IMG/VR virus record: IMGVR_UViG_3300022200_000031
Location: 1 to 64,000 of that record
DNA length: 64,000 nt
Reading direction: 5' to 3' (one strand)
Source: a virus
The number at the start of each line of letters is the position of its first letter. Position 1 is the first letter of the stretch. This document shows positions 1 through 8,990 of the stretch, piece after piece. The notes under the pieces were generated by a model that saw only the letters and a program-made list of their open reading frames with translations, did no database searches and was not told the origin of the DNA. The translations under genes and the position numbers were made by a program.

Positions 1-156
1 AAAGACTTGAAAGTGGGTGATCGGTTCTTTGTGAATGGTAATCATTACAGCAAGCAAAGTTCTCGGACTGCGATGATGAATCAAGTTTTTGAGACAGACA
101 AACCTACTGGACAGTGGTTTTATTTTGGTGGGAAAGAAATTGTGAAGTTATTGTAA
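1..156 (+). CDS. 3' end of small hypothetical protein (5'-truncated)
   Basis: Open frame from base 1 (KDLKVGDRFFVNG...EIVKLL) to TAA at 154-156, followed by the next gene's RBS. Confidence 0.6.
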   Translation, partial: KDLKVGDRFFVNGNHYSKQSSRTAMMNQVFETDKPTGQWFYFGGKEIVKLL

Positions 157-167
157 GGAGAGAGATT

Positions 168-368
168 ATGAATGACTTTTACCGTTTGATCAAAGAGCGT
201 GTACAGGAAGCTGTGCAGCGTCCTGAGAACCTCAACGAAGATGGTTCTATCAACTGGAACTTCGTTGACGCTGATGTGTTCATGGAAACCAACCCAACCC
301 CAGACACCGTTGCTGCTTTCTACTATATGTTTGAGAAAGCATGTGCAGCTGTTGAAGGCTGTGCCTAA
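168..368 (+). CDS. hypothetical protein (NEDGSINWNFVDAD motif)
   Basis: ATG at 168 preceded by AAGGAGAGAGATT; start shortened from the ORF track. Confidence 0.7.
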   Translation: MNDFYRLIKERVQEAVQRPENLNEDGSINWNFVDADVFMETNPTPDTVAAFYYMFEKACAAVEGCA

Positions 369-607
369 TGTACTACTTCGAGACATGGCAGATCATAGTC
401 ATGCTGGTTGTATTTGCAATCGCCCTTCGCAGTACCTACGCATCTGGTTATAACGAGGGCCGTGTGATAGGTACCAATGAGGGAATCAATACCGTATTGA
501 CTACCCTGCATGTCAACAAGTTTGTTCATGTCGTCCAGGAGGGAGACGTGTACAAAGTCTATCCACTAGAGGAAGATAAAGAATCAGAAGGGGAGGATCA
601 GCACTAG
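368..607 (+). CDS. small membrane-anchored hypothetical protein
   Basis: N-terminal hydrophobic helix WQIIVMLVVFAIAL; TAATG coupling to the upstream gene. Confidence 0.65.
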   Translation: MYYFETWQIIVMLVVFAIALRSTYASGYNEGRVIGTNEGINTVLTTLHVNKFVHVVQEGDVYKVYPLEEDKESEGEDQH

Positions 608-617
608 TTTCTTTTAT

Positions 618-625
618 TATAAATA
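618..625 (+). promoter_or_regulatory. T4-type late promoter TATAAATA
   Basis: Exact consensus 27 nt upstream of ATG 652. Confidence 0.8.
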
Positions 626-651
626 GTACGGATTAAGCAAAAGGAATACTA

Positions 652-2022
652 ATGTTATCGTTTCGTACTTACCTAAAAGAGGCTGCTGATTCAATGCTTG
701 AAATAATTAAAGGACTCGACTTCACAATCAAATCTGCCAACGACAGAGAGATGGTTGTAATTGTTAAGGCCGCTGATCGTTTTGGAGCTAAGGCAGAACT
801 AGAAAAGATTCTAACCAAGTCCAAGATTGAATTCAAGGATGGTGTTAAGTCGTCTTCCTCTTCAGATATTAAGACTACTGACACGATCTATGATGGTAAG
901 AAGTATAGATTCTTCTACAAGCCAAAAGGTTCAGGTGGATCTGGTGCTGGTGCTGAGGTTACAGCATTGGGTGAATGCTTCCAAGCATATGCATGCTGCG
1001 CTCGTCAGCTGAACGGTCGTCCATTGGAGTCTGGTGAGGAAGTATTCGAGATTCTCGGTAAGGGTAATTCAAAACATATTGATGCTGATCGCACTCTTGA
1101 TCAGTGTCGTAAACTGGATGCAGAGTGGATCCATTCTGGTACAGTAATTGCAAATGCGTTCCATGGTGAGTTGGGCACAGGTCAATATAACTTCCATCGT
1201 GGATCAAAAATGGTTAGTATGATTGAGGCTGAGTACAACAGACTAAAGAAACAGGAAGGTATTAGACTCAATATCAATAAATGGAATCCAGCTGACATTT
1301 GGGTGGCTAAGGACGGATTTAAGTTTCCCACATCTAAGTGGACCTCCCTTGGAGAATACAACACGTGGATTCTTGAGCAATTCAAGGGTAAGAACTTACT
1401 AGGTGTTTCTCTGAAGAAGGTTCCATCTGGCAAACCTAAGAAAGAGATCTACAACGAGACTGCTAAAGGTCTCGATATTAAATTCCTTGACTATCAAATT
1501 GTTCCTGCACGCAAAGATTTCTTCGGAAGTGATTTATCGAAAGATGTTTATATCGATTACAAAGATCACGGTAAGAAGATGCGTATGCAGATTCGCACCT
1601 TCTCTGCTGGTATGTCTGGTTGGCAGGGTGAGATTAAAGGTGCAACTGCAGCTGGTGGTAAAGTAGGTGGTGGTAATCTTGAAGAGGCTATGACTCTAGC
1701 TGGTATTCCTCCTTCTGCGTTCATTGATCAGTCATCTGCAAAGGCGGTTGCTCGTGCTAGAACGAAGGCAGCCAATGTTAAGATGTTCACCGAGTTCTAC
1801 AAATATCTTTCAAAGGATAAAAGATCTATTCAGGCTCTGATCCCTGAGATTCAAACTGTTATAGAGAACAACAATGAGGGTTGGTTCTATAGCAAATTTC
1901 TTTCAATGCAGTATCTGTATGTTATTCTGAAGAGTGGCAAGCAAGATAAAGTAATGCAGAATATTGCTCGCATTGCTGCCTCCGCTACAGATGTATCATC
2001 AGTTTTTTACAAGTACAGCTAA
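652..2022 (+). CDS. putative capsid-packaged protein with restriction-endonuclease-like PD...SxK domain
   Basis: N-terminus MLSFRTYLKE resembles the capsid-targeting sequence; TALGEC / KWNPADIWV / GVSLKK motif arrangement. Confidence 0.6.
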   Translation: MLSFRTYLKEAADSMLEIIKGLDFTIKSANDREMVVIVKAADRFGAKAELEKILTKSKIEFKDGVKSSSSSDIKTTDTIYDGKKYRFFYKPKGSGGSGAGAEVTALGECFQAYACCARQLNGRPLESGEEVFEILGKGNSKHIDADRTLDQCRKLDAEWIHSGTVIANAFHGELGTGQYNFHRGSKMVSMIEAEYNRLKKQEGIRLNINKWNPADIWVAKDGFKFPTSKWTSLGEYNTWILEQFKGKNLLGVSLKKVPSGKPKKEIYNETAKGLDIKFLDYQIVPARKDFFGSDLSKDVYIDYKDHGKKMRMQIRTFSAGMSGWQGEIKGATAAGGKVGGGNLEEAMTLAGIPPSAFIDQSSAKAVARARTKAANVKMFTEFYKYLSKDKRSIQALIPEIQTVIENNNEGWFYSKFLSMQYLYVILKSGKQDKVMQNIARIAASATDVSSVFYKYS

Positions 2023-2023
2023 T

Positions 2024-3265
2024 ATGAAATCATTCAGTAATTACCTAACAGAAGAAAAGAACACTCATATGACTCACATTGAGGACCAGGTCCTTGATGG
2101 TGGTGTTAAGGGTGCCCGTGATGCTATCATGGCATTGCGTTCCCTAAGAGATATGTTGGCTGGCCATACAAAGGGTCATGTTGATGTAACTGTTAAGTGG
2201 GATGGAGCTCCAGCGGTCTTTGCTGGTATCGATCCAGGTGATGGTAAGTTCTTTGTTGCTAAGAAAGGCATCTTCAATAAGAGCCCTAAGGTTTACAAGA
2301 CCAATGCAGACATCGATGCTGACACCTCTGGTGATCTGAATGCCAAACTGAAAGTTGCATTGGCTGAATTATCCAAGCTGGGGATCAAGAGTGGCGTCTA
2401 TCAAGGAGACATTATGTTCACCCAGGCAGACCTTGCTGTTGAAGCAATTGATGGTGAGAAGTATGTTACATTCCATCCAAACACTATTCTGTATGCTGTT
2501 CCAGCAAACACTCCAGAAGCGGCCGCAATTAAGAAAGCAAAGATTGGTGTTGTGTGGCACACATACTACGATGGTAAGACCTTTGAGGGCATGAAAGCAT
2601 CCTATGGGGTTGATGTATCTAAGTTCCGTAAGGTATCATCTGTGTGGGCAGTGTCTGCCAATCTCCACGATCTATCCGGTACAGCAACACTAACAGCTAA
2701 AGAGACGAAAGAAGTGACAGCTGCTCTATCCGTTGCTGGTAAGATCTTCCAAAAGACAGCATCTAATATTCTAAAAGAGATTGAGACAAACAAAGAACTT
2801 AATCTACAGATCAATACGTTCAACAATACGTATGTTCGTCAGCGCATGAAGATTACCAATACCACCAAGCATGTGAAAGAACTCGAGCATTACATTACAG
2901 CAAAGTATGATCAAAAGATTGCTAGTATGAAGTCTCCTGCAGGAGCTAAGAAGTGGGAAGACGCAAAAGTAGAAGCCCTGAAGTTCTTCAAACGTCATTC
3001 TACTAATGAGATTGCTCAGGTATTTGAATTACAAAAAGCTATTGTTACCGCAAAAGAAATTATTATAAATAAGCTAAACAAGCTAAATAGAATGAGCACA
3101 TTTGTCAAGACCCACAATGGGTTTCGAGTTACCGGCGCAGAAGGCTTTGTAGCGATTGACAGATTGAGTGGTGGTGCAGTGAAGTTAGTTGATAGGCTTG
3201 AATTCTCAGCTAACAATTTTAGTACTGATGTAATTAAGGGATGGGACTCACCAAGTAGAGGCTAA
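2024..3265 (+). CDS. ligase-fold covalent nucleotidyltransferase (DUF6267-like), putative capsid-packaged
   Basis: Start MKSFSNYLTE; KWDG (motif I), QGD (III), EGFV (IV), VKLV (V). Confidence 0.7.
   Translation: MKSFSNYLTEEKNTHMTHIEDQVLDGGVKGARDAIMALRSLRDMLAGHTKGHVDVTVKWDGAPAVFAGIDPGDGKFFVAKKGIFNKSPKVYKTNADIDADTSGDLNAKLKVALAELSKLGIKSGVYQGDIMFTQADLAVEAIDGEKYVTFHPNTILYAVPANTPEAAAIKKAKIGVVWHTYYDGKTFEGMKASYGVDVSKFRKVSSVWAVSANLHDLSGTATLTAKETKEVTAALSVAGKIFQKTASNILKEIETNKELNLQINTFNNTYVRQRMKITNTTKHVKELEHYITAKYDQKIASMKSPAGAKKWEDAKVEALKFFKRHSTNEIAQVFELQKAIVTAKEIIINKLNKLNRMSTFVKTHNGFRVTGAEGFVAIDRLSGGAVKLVDRLEFSANNFSTDVIKGWDSPSRG
3064..3071 (+). promoter_or_regulatory. intragenic late promoter TATAAATA
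   Basis: Exact consensus about 200 nt upstream of ORF 3273. Confidence 0.55.
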
Positions 3266-3272
3266 ACAATTA

Positions 3273-4193
3273 ATGTTATCTTTCAAAGACTTTCTCGTCG
3301 TCGAACTGAAACCAGGCGAAGACGAATATATTAAATACCGCAACCAGAAGCGCCGCCGTGGTGCCATGGATGAATCTTTCACTGCCGATGTTATTCATGA
3401 GCTTCTTTCCGAAGAGAAAGATCTCAGCAAGCTAGTTGTACTTGCACGCCTCGGTCTTGTTGATAATGTCTCAAACTTCAAGCGCGTCCTCAAGAAGCTA
3501 GATTCAGAAAAGGTCCTCACCCCAGAAGAGCGTGAGGTCATCTATTCAACCTTCAATAAATTTGCTGAAATCGTAACAAACGATAATACCATCTACCAGA
3601 AGGTTCGTAAGATCGTCAAGGAAGGTACAGAAGAAGATCTGGCCGAGGGTCCTCTTGTTGTCACCAAAGCTCAGGCAAACAACATGCTGATGAACTTCAT
3701 CAGAGACGCTCTCAAGAATGGTAAGGAAGCTGATCTCGAGAAACTTGCTGCTGCAATTGGCAAGAAGATGACCGTTAAGGGTCAGAAAGTAGTCTTTGAG
3801 GGTGAAGAGATCAATGTAGACGAGTTGTTTGAAGCTGTCCTGGATATCCGTACTCGCATTAAGAAGAAGCAGCAGCTTCGTAAGATGAAGTCAAAGATTA
3901 AGATGGGTCGTCGCCGCGCAATGATGAAGAGAGCGAACCCAGAGAAATTAAAGCAGCGCGCTCAGAAGAGAGCTCGTATGGCTGTATTCAAAAAGCTAGC
4001 TAAGGGTAAGAGCAAAGATGAAATGTCTTACTCAGAGCGTAAACAAGTTGAAAAACGCGTTGAAGCAAAGAAGAGCCTGGTCAAGCGCCTAATGAAGAAG
4101 ATACTTCCAAAGGTGCGTAAGGACGATCAGACTCGTAAGCGTATTGTCGGTCCTGCACCAGATACTCAGGCCTCCAGACCATCTGCAAAGTGA
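3273..4193 (+). CDS. putative internal head protein with Lys/Arg-rich C-terminal half
   Basis: MLSFKDFL N-terminus; several xxE processing-type sites; very basic C-terminus. Confidence 0.6.
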   Translation: MLSFKDFLVVELKPGEDEYIKYRNQKRRRGAMDESFTADVIHELLSEEKDLSKLVVLARLGLVDNVSNFKRVLKKLDSEKVLTPEEREVIYSTFNKFAEIVTNDNTIYQKVRKIVKEGTEEDLAEGPLVVTKAQANNMLMNFIRDALKNGKEADLEKLAAAIGKKMTVKGQKVVFEGEEINVDELFEAVLDIRTRIKKKQQLRKMKSKIKMGRRRAMMKRANPEKLKQRAQKRARMAVFKKLAKGKSKDEMSYSERKQVEKRVEAKKSLVKRLMKKILPKVRKDDQTRKRIVGPAPDTQASRPSAK

Positions 4194-4199
4194 TTTATT

Positions 4200-5129
4200 A
4201 TGAAGAGTTTTTCCCAGTACATTACAGAAGCCAATAAAGAAGTTGTCTTTGCGTTTGGTAGATTCAATCCACCAACAATTGGTCATGAGAAGCTAATCGA
4301 TAAAGTAGCATCTGTTGCTCGTGGCAACAACTATAGAATCTATCCTTCTCATTCTTCTGATGGTAGTAAGAACCCGCTTGAGTTTACTCAGAAAGTGAAG
4401 TTCATGCGCAAGATGTTCTCCAAGCATGGAAGAAACATCATGGCGGATCAGGGAATCCGTAATGCATTTGATGCACTGGTTAAGTTGTATGACCAAGGGT
4501 TCAATAAAGTTACATTGGTTGCAGGTTCGGATAGAGTTACAGAATTCCAAACTGCCCTAAATAAGTATAACGGCAAGAAAGCCCGTCATGGTTTCTATAA
4601 CTTTGAGGGTGGCATTAATGTTGTCTCTGCTGGTGAAAGAGATCCAGATGCAGAAGGTGCAACTGGTATGAGCGCCTCTAAGATGAGAGCAGCTGCTGGT
4701 AAAGGAGACTTTGATGCATTTGCAAGAGGCTTGCCACCAAGTTATAAAGAAGGACAGGCATTGTTTAATGCTGTTCGTAAGGGGATGGGTCTGAAAGAAG
4801 AAACAGATATCCGTCGCCATGTAGAATTTGCACCGGTATCAGAGCAACGCGAAGCCTATGTTCAGGGCGAGTTGTTTGGTGTTGGTGATGTTGTTGTCAT
4901 TAAGGAATCAGAAGAAGTGGGCCAGGTAGTACTACTTGGTTCAAATTATGTTCTGGTTGAGATGGCGGATGGCAAAAAGGTTCGGAAGTGGCTTGATGCA
5001 GTTGAAAAGCTGGATGAGACTACAGAGAAGAAAGATATTAAAGAACAAAAGTCATTGGGTAAGTCCTATATGGCTACTAAGAAGAAAGAATCATATTCTT
5101 CATTTGCAGATTTCATAGGGAGAAAATAA
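4200..5129 (+). CDS. cytidylyltransferase-like / NMN adenylyltransferase-like (HxGH family) protein
   Basis: FGRFNPPTIGH, AGSDR and MSASKMR motifs; MKSFSQYITE N-terminus. Confidence 0.8.
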   Translation: MKSFSQYITEANKEVVFAFGRFNPPTIGHEKLIDKVASVARGNNYRIYPSHSSDGSKNPLEFTQKVKFMRKMFSKHGRNIMADQGIRNAFDALVKLYDQGFNKVTLVAGSDRVTEFQTALNKYNGKKARHGFYNFEGGINVVSAGERDPDAEGATGMSASKMRAAAGKGDFDAFARGLPPSYKEGQALFNAVRKGMGLKEETDIRRHVEFAPVSEQREAYVQGELFGVGDVVVIKESEEVGQVVLLGSNYVLVEMADGKKVRKWLDAVEKLDETTEKKDIKEQKSLGKSYMATKKKESYSSFADFIGRK

Positions 5130-6511
5130 TGGAGCGTTTTACCAACTATTATAGAGCCAAGGGTTCTTACTCGAAAGCGGGGTTTGAAGCCAAGAAGGCT
5201 GCCAAGGGTGATAAGTCAGAAGACCGTGAAGTCGGTACTGATTCTGTTGTGCAGCATTTTGCATCTATGACTCCTGGCCAAGATAGTTCGTGTACTGATG
5301 AGAAAGCTCCATATCCTCAGACCGAATCTGTTGATGAGGCTCTGGTAACAGATATGGATTCAATGATTGCAGCTAAGCTCGCCAAGTTGAAGAAGGCCGG
5401 CCGTATCAATCAATCCGAGTGGATGACACTGAATAAGATGCGTACATCTAATCCTAAAGGCGCTATGTCTCGTATTGATATGATGATGAAGCAAATGAAG
5501 GAAGATGTTGATCTCGATGAAGCATCTCATGTTGTTCACATCACCTCTACCGATAAGTCTGGTAAGAAGGAAATGCGTACAGGCCATGTAGTTGCACAGT
5601 CTAAGCAGTCTGCAATTAACATCGCTAAGAAGCACTATCAGGATCAAGGTCACACTATTCATGCTGTACACTATGGCACTAAGCGTACTCCTGTGAAGGA
5701 AGAAATTGAAGAGAAGACTCTTACTCCTGCCGAAATGAAGAAGCGCGAAGAAATTGCTCAGGCAATTGAAAAGGATCAACCTGATATGCCAATGGATAAG
5801 AAGATGGCTATTGCTACTGCTCAGGCTAAGAAGGTTGCAGAAGCGATGACTCCAGATCAGAAGGCAAAGCGCCTTTCAATGATCCGTAAAGCACACACAA
5901 AGGTTCAGAAGCGTGATGCTGCAGCACAGAAGCGTGCCGAGCGTGATGCTAAGCGTGGTATCAGTAAAGACCGTGACTACATGGATGAGTCTGTAAATGA
6001 ATTGCAGGAAGCAATGTCTCATGCAGAGAAGGTTAAGTTCCAGAAAGTTGGCATCGAGCTGAAGAAGTATGGTGCTACCAGTGGTGGTATCGACAAGAGA
6101 ACATTCCAAGACATTGGTCATATGTTTGACTTCCGCACTCGTACAGCAGATGGTGATGAGCCATCTAACCAACAGATTCTTAATGCAATCCTCCAGCAGG
6201 ATACAGATGTTCGTGATAAAATCATGGACATTGTCACCAACACGTTTGGTACCAAATGGCGCAGTACCCGTCCATCTACTAAAGAAATCTTTGGTAAATT
6301 TGGTGAGTCTGTTGAAACAGATAAGAATAAACCACCTTTTGATGGTCCATACAAAAAGCGTCCAGCTACCACAACCGATAAGTCTGGTGCTAAGCACACT
6401 CCATTGTCACGTGCTCGTCACCTGGCCCGCCAGGCTATGTTGAGACGTGAAGAACTGGAAGCACATGGTCCTGTTGAATTGAAAAGCTTCAAAGATATGT
6501 TGGAAAACTAA
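5129..6511 (+). CDS. modular putative internal head protein
   Basis: Modules separated by LDE/IEE/VAE/LQE-type sites typical of prohead-protease substrates. Confidence 0.55.
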   Translation: MERFTNYYRAKGSYSKAGFEAKKAAKGDKSEDREVGTDSVVQHFASMTPGQDSSCTDEKAPYPQTESVDEALVTDMDSMIAAKLAKLKKAGRINQSEWMTLNKMRTSNPKGAMSRIDMMMKQMKEDVDLDEASHVVHITSTDKSGKKEMRTGHVVAQSKQSAINIAKKHYQDQGHTIHAVHYGTKRTPVKEEIEEKTLTPAEMKKREEIAQAIEKDQPDMPMDKKMAIATAQAKKVAEAMTPDQKAKRLSMIRKAHTKVQKRDAAAQKRAERDAKRGISKDRDYMDESVNELQEAMSHAEKVKFQKVGIELKKYGATSGGIDKRTFQDIGHMFDFRTRTADGDEPSNQQILNAILQQDTDVRDKIMDIVTNTFGTKWRSTRPSTKEIFGKFGESVETDKNKPPFDGPYKKRPATTTDKSGAKHTPLSRARHLARQAMLRREELEAHGPVELKSFKDMLEN

Positions 6512-6526
6512 GAGGGCGTGGTAGTT

Positions 6527-6835
6527 ATGTCAACAACAGAAGACGTTTTAAAAGAGCATCTAAGAGTGGACGCTTCAAGATTAGATAGAATCGAAACTAA
6601 GATCGATAAGCTCGCCGAGACTGTTATTTCTCTTGCTCGTGCAGAGGAGAAACTAGTCGCGCTAGAAGCTGATCGTGAGAATATTCATCATCGACTTTCA
6701 AAGAATGAAGAAGCAATTGTTGCTATTAATTCAAAGGTTGATGAGAACGCAGTCACAGTTAAGGTGATCAATCGCCTTTTCTGGATTTTTGTAACAGTAG
6801 CAGCCGCCGCTGCAGTAGGAACATTACTTAATTAA
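6527..6835 (+). CDS. coiled-coil protein with C-terminal transmembrane helix (XhlA-like)
   Basis: RLDRIETKIDKL heptads plus LFWIFVTVAAAAAV. Confidence 0.6.
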   Translation: MSTTEDVLKEHLRVDASRLDRIETKIDKLAETVISLARAEEKLVALEADRENIHHRLSKNEEAIVAINSKVDENAVTVKVINRLFWIFVTVAAAAAVGTLLN

Positions 6836-6845
6836 GGAGACAATA

Positions 6846-7415
6846 ATGTCAGTAGATAAACAAATTCAGGCGGTGGCGAGAGCATATGTAGAAATGCTGG
6901 AAGCTGCCAAGAAGAAAGAAGTAGAAATTAAGATGGATCCAGTTGGCCAGGAAGATGGCGATGTGGATAATGATGGTGATAAGGACTCTTCTGATGAGTA
7001 CCTCAAGAATCGCCGCGATACCATTAAGAAAGCCAAGAAGACAGATGGTAAGTCTGGCGAAACAGAAATGCAGGAAAAAAGCTGCAAGCGTAAGATGGGT
7101 GAATCTTATGAAGGTGGTACTATCATCGATGTAGAAGATGATCGCTTTGCTGTGCTGTTCGATGACCGTGTTGAGTGGATTGAAGAAGCTAAACAGGGTC
7201 CTAAGGCTGATGAGCAAGAGAAGCTCGAACCAAAAGCAAAGGGCGAAAAAGACTTCAAAGATGCACACAAAGTTAGTGTAGGCAAAGACGAAGAAAAAGA
7301 ACACGAAGAAGATACAGCTAAGATGACTGCTGGTGTAAAGGCTGCTCCAAAACGTCCAGGTGACAAGGGTCAGACTGAACCAATGAAGTCAGTAGAGAAA
7401 ACAACGGGACAGTAA
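6846..7415 (+). CDS. hypothetical charged head-associated protein
   Basis: AAGGAG RBS; DPVGQEDGDVDNDGDKDSSDEYL motif recalled from T4-like phage head proteins. Confidence 0.6.
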   Translation: MSVDKQIQAVARAYVEMLEAAKKKEVEIKMDPVGQEDGDVDNDGDKDSSDEYLKNRRDTIKKAKKTDGKSGETEMQEKSCKRKMGESYEGGTIIDVEDDRFAVLFDDRVEWIEEAKQGPKADEQEKLEPKAKGEKDFKDAHKVSVGKDEEKEHEEDTAKMTAGVKAAPKRPGDKGQTEPMKSVEKTTGQ

Positions 7416-7416
7416 T

Positions 7417-7674
7417 ATGACGATCAATAAGTCGGGTTGGTTGAAAGACGCAATCGCAAAAGAAAACGGTTATTTCTCACCTAAGGGTGAGAAGCTCAAG
7501 GGTGGTAGATTAACACCTGAGCAAATTGCAGAGTGGAATGGTACAGAAGCTCCGGTAGTAGAAGAACAAGAGCCAGAGCAAGAAGAAAAGAAAGCTGCAC
7601 CTAAGAAGAAAGCTGCCAAGAAAAAGACCGCAGCTAAAAAGGAAAGCACTCTAGGAAAGCTGTTTAAGAAGTAA
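7417..7674 (+). CDS. hypothetical protein with Lys/Ala-rich tail
   Basis: Coupled ORF; KKAAPKKKAAKKK. Confidence 0.6.
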   Translation: MTINKSGWLKDAIAKENGYFSPKGEKLKGGRLTPEQIAEWNGTEAPVVEEQEPEQEEKKAAPKKKAAKKKTAAKKESTLGKLFKK

Positions 7675-7719
7675 GATAAATATCCTCATAGGGTGAATTG
7701 ATTTATTATAAGGATCTTT

Positions 7720-8088
7720 ATGAGGATATTTGATACTATTAATGATGAAAACTTTGAACTGTATGCTGCGAAACACTATGACAATCCACAGTGTGTGGAC
7801 ATAGAAGAGTTTCAGGCAGACCTTTGTAGGTTCAAGTACATCAAGAGATTGTTGGGTCGTTACGACTCATGTGGTGAACTTCAGGAACGGTTGATTCTCA
7901 ATCATATCATTGTTCTATTCAATGTGTTTGGTATTGAGGCGGCTAAGAAGATGCTACTGTTTAAGATTGACAGTAGGCACTACAGTGTTATTAAACCATT
8001 TTTAATTCTATTACATTATCTCAGGGAGGATGAATTAATTGATGTCCCTCTTGATGAGAATGTAGTCGCTAAATTGAGGAATATATGA
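7720..8088 (+). CDS. conserved T4-like phage hypothetical protein
   Basis: YAAKHYDNP / RFKYIKRL / ERLILNH motifs. Confidence 0.75.
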   Translation: MRIFDTINDENFELYAAKHYDNPQCVDIEEFQADLCRFKYIKRLLGRYDSCGELQERLILNHIIVLFNVFGIEAAKKMLLFKIDSRHYSVIKPFLILLHYLREDELIDVPLDENVVAKLRNI

Positions 8089-8666
8089 GCCTTACAGGTG
8101 CTGCAGACTTAATCTACACCTTCAGATTCCTGCGTCTGTTGACACAGAGCTGGGAGGATACTGCCGCATACAAGGCGGGGGTGATTGATAAGGATGGTAA
8201 TGCGCTCAAAAAACCCAATGAACTGAAGACAAAGGAAGAGAAGGATTCGTACACTCTGTTCCATAGATTGGTCTTCAATCTCAAACGCTTAATCAATAAA
8301 GTCCCTGGTGGCAAGTCAAAACTTGCATCCTATGCCGCAGCTCTATTTCTCATTAAGGAGCATACTGGGATGACAGAGGAACAACTGGCCAGAGCACTTT
8401 CTAAGGCTGGTTGGGAATCTGATGACACCAACCTAACCGAAAGCTGGTTGATGGATGGGGAAGCGTTAGGCCCTGGCAAGTACGTTCTGACTAATAATAT
8501 TGTATCCCCAGCCACAGGTGAGATGATTGCCGGTAAAGGTACATCGGTTGTTGTCTATGAGGATACACAACCAGTAGACACCCTATTCAATGCTCATGTA
8601 TATCAGGTTGAGCATCTACTGACTAGACAAAAAGTTTTTATTACTGTTGGAGATATTAAGCGATGA
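8085..8666 (+). CDS. conserved T4-like phage hypothetical protein
   Basis: FRFLRLLT / GVIDKDG / FHRLVFNLKRL / SYAAALFLIKE motifs. Confidence 0.75.
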   Translation: MSLTGAADLIYTFRFLRLLTQSWEDTAAYKAGVIDKDGNALKKPNELKTKEEKDSYTLFHRLVFNLKRLINKVPGGKSKLASYAAALFLIKEHTGMTEEQLARALSKAGWESDDTNLTESWLMDGEALGPGKYVLTNNIVSPATGEMIAGKGTSVVVYEDTQPVDTLFNAHVYQVEHLLTRQKVFITVGDIKR

Positions 8667-8908
8667 TTGCAACTACTATTACACATGAAGGTAAGGACTA
8701 TGATGTACGTGTGGTTGATGGAGAAATCGTTGTCTCTGAGTCAGGTTCGTGGTATAATATCCCTCTATCAGATAAACCAAAACTGAAAGAAATGGCAGCA
8801 AATGCTGTGGGTCAGGGTGGTGTGGATATGGCAGTAAATGCTGGCCAACGCCGCCTAAGAAAACAAGTGGTACGTCACTGGATGGATAAGTGGCAAAATA
8901 AATCATAA
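8663..8908 (+). CDS. hypothetical protein
   Basis: ATGA overlap with upstream gene. Confidence 0.55.
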   Translation: MIATTITHEGKDYDVRVVDGEIVVSESGSWYNIPLSDKPKLKEMAANAVGQGGVDMAVNAGQRRLRKQVVRHWMDKWQNKS

Positions 8909-8914
8909 TCTTTG

Positions 8915-8943
8915 TTGACATTCTCCGCGATGTCGTGTATGAT
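8915..8943 (+). promoter_or_regulatory. sigma70 promoter for nrdA
   Basis: TTGACA-17 nt-TATGAT. Confidence 0.8.
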
Positions 8944-8990
8944 ATATAACTCATACACAATAACAAATTTATTATAAGGTGAACTATTTA

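Noticed and set aside
5360-7366. Long minus-strand ORFs (5360-5779, 5876-6397, 6849-7304)
   Set aside because: Antisense shadows of Lys/Glu-rich genes, with no RBS or motifs
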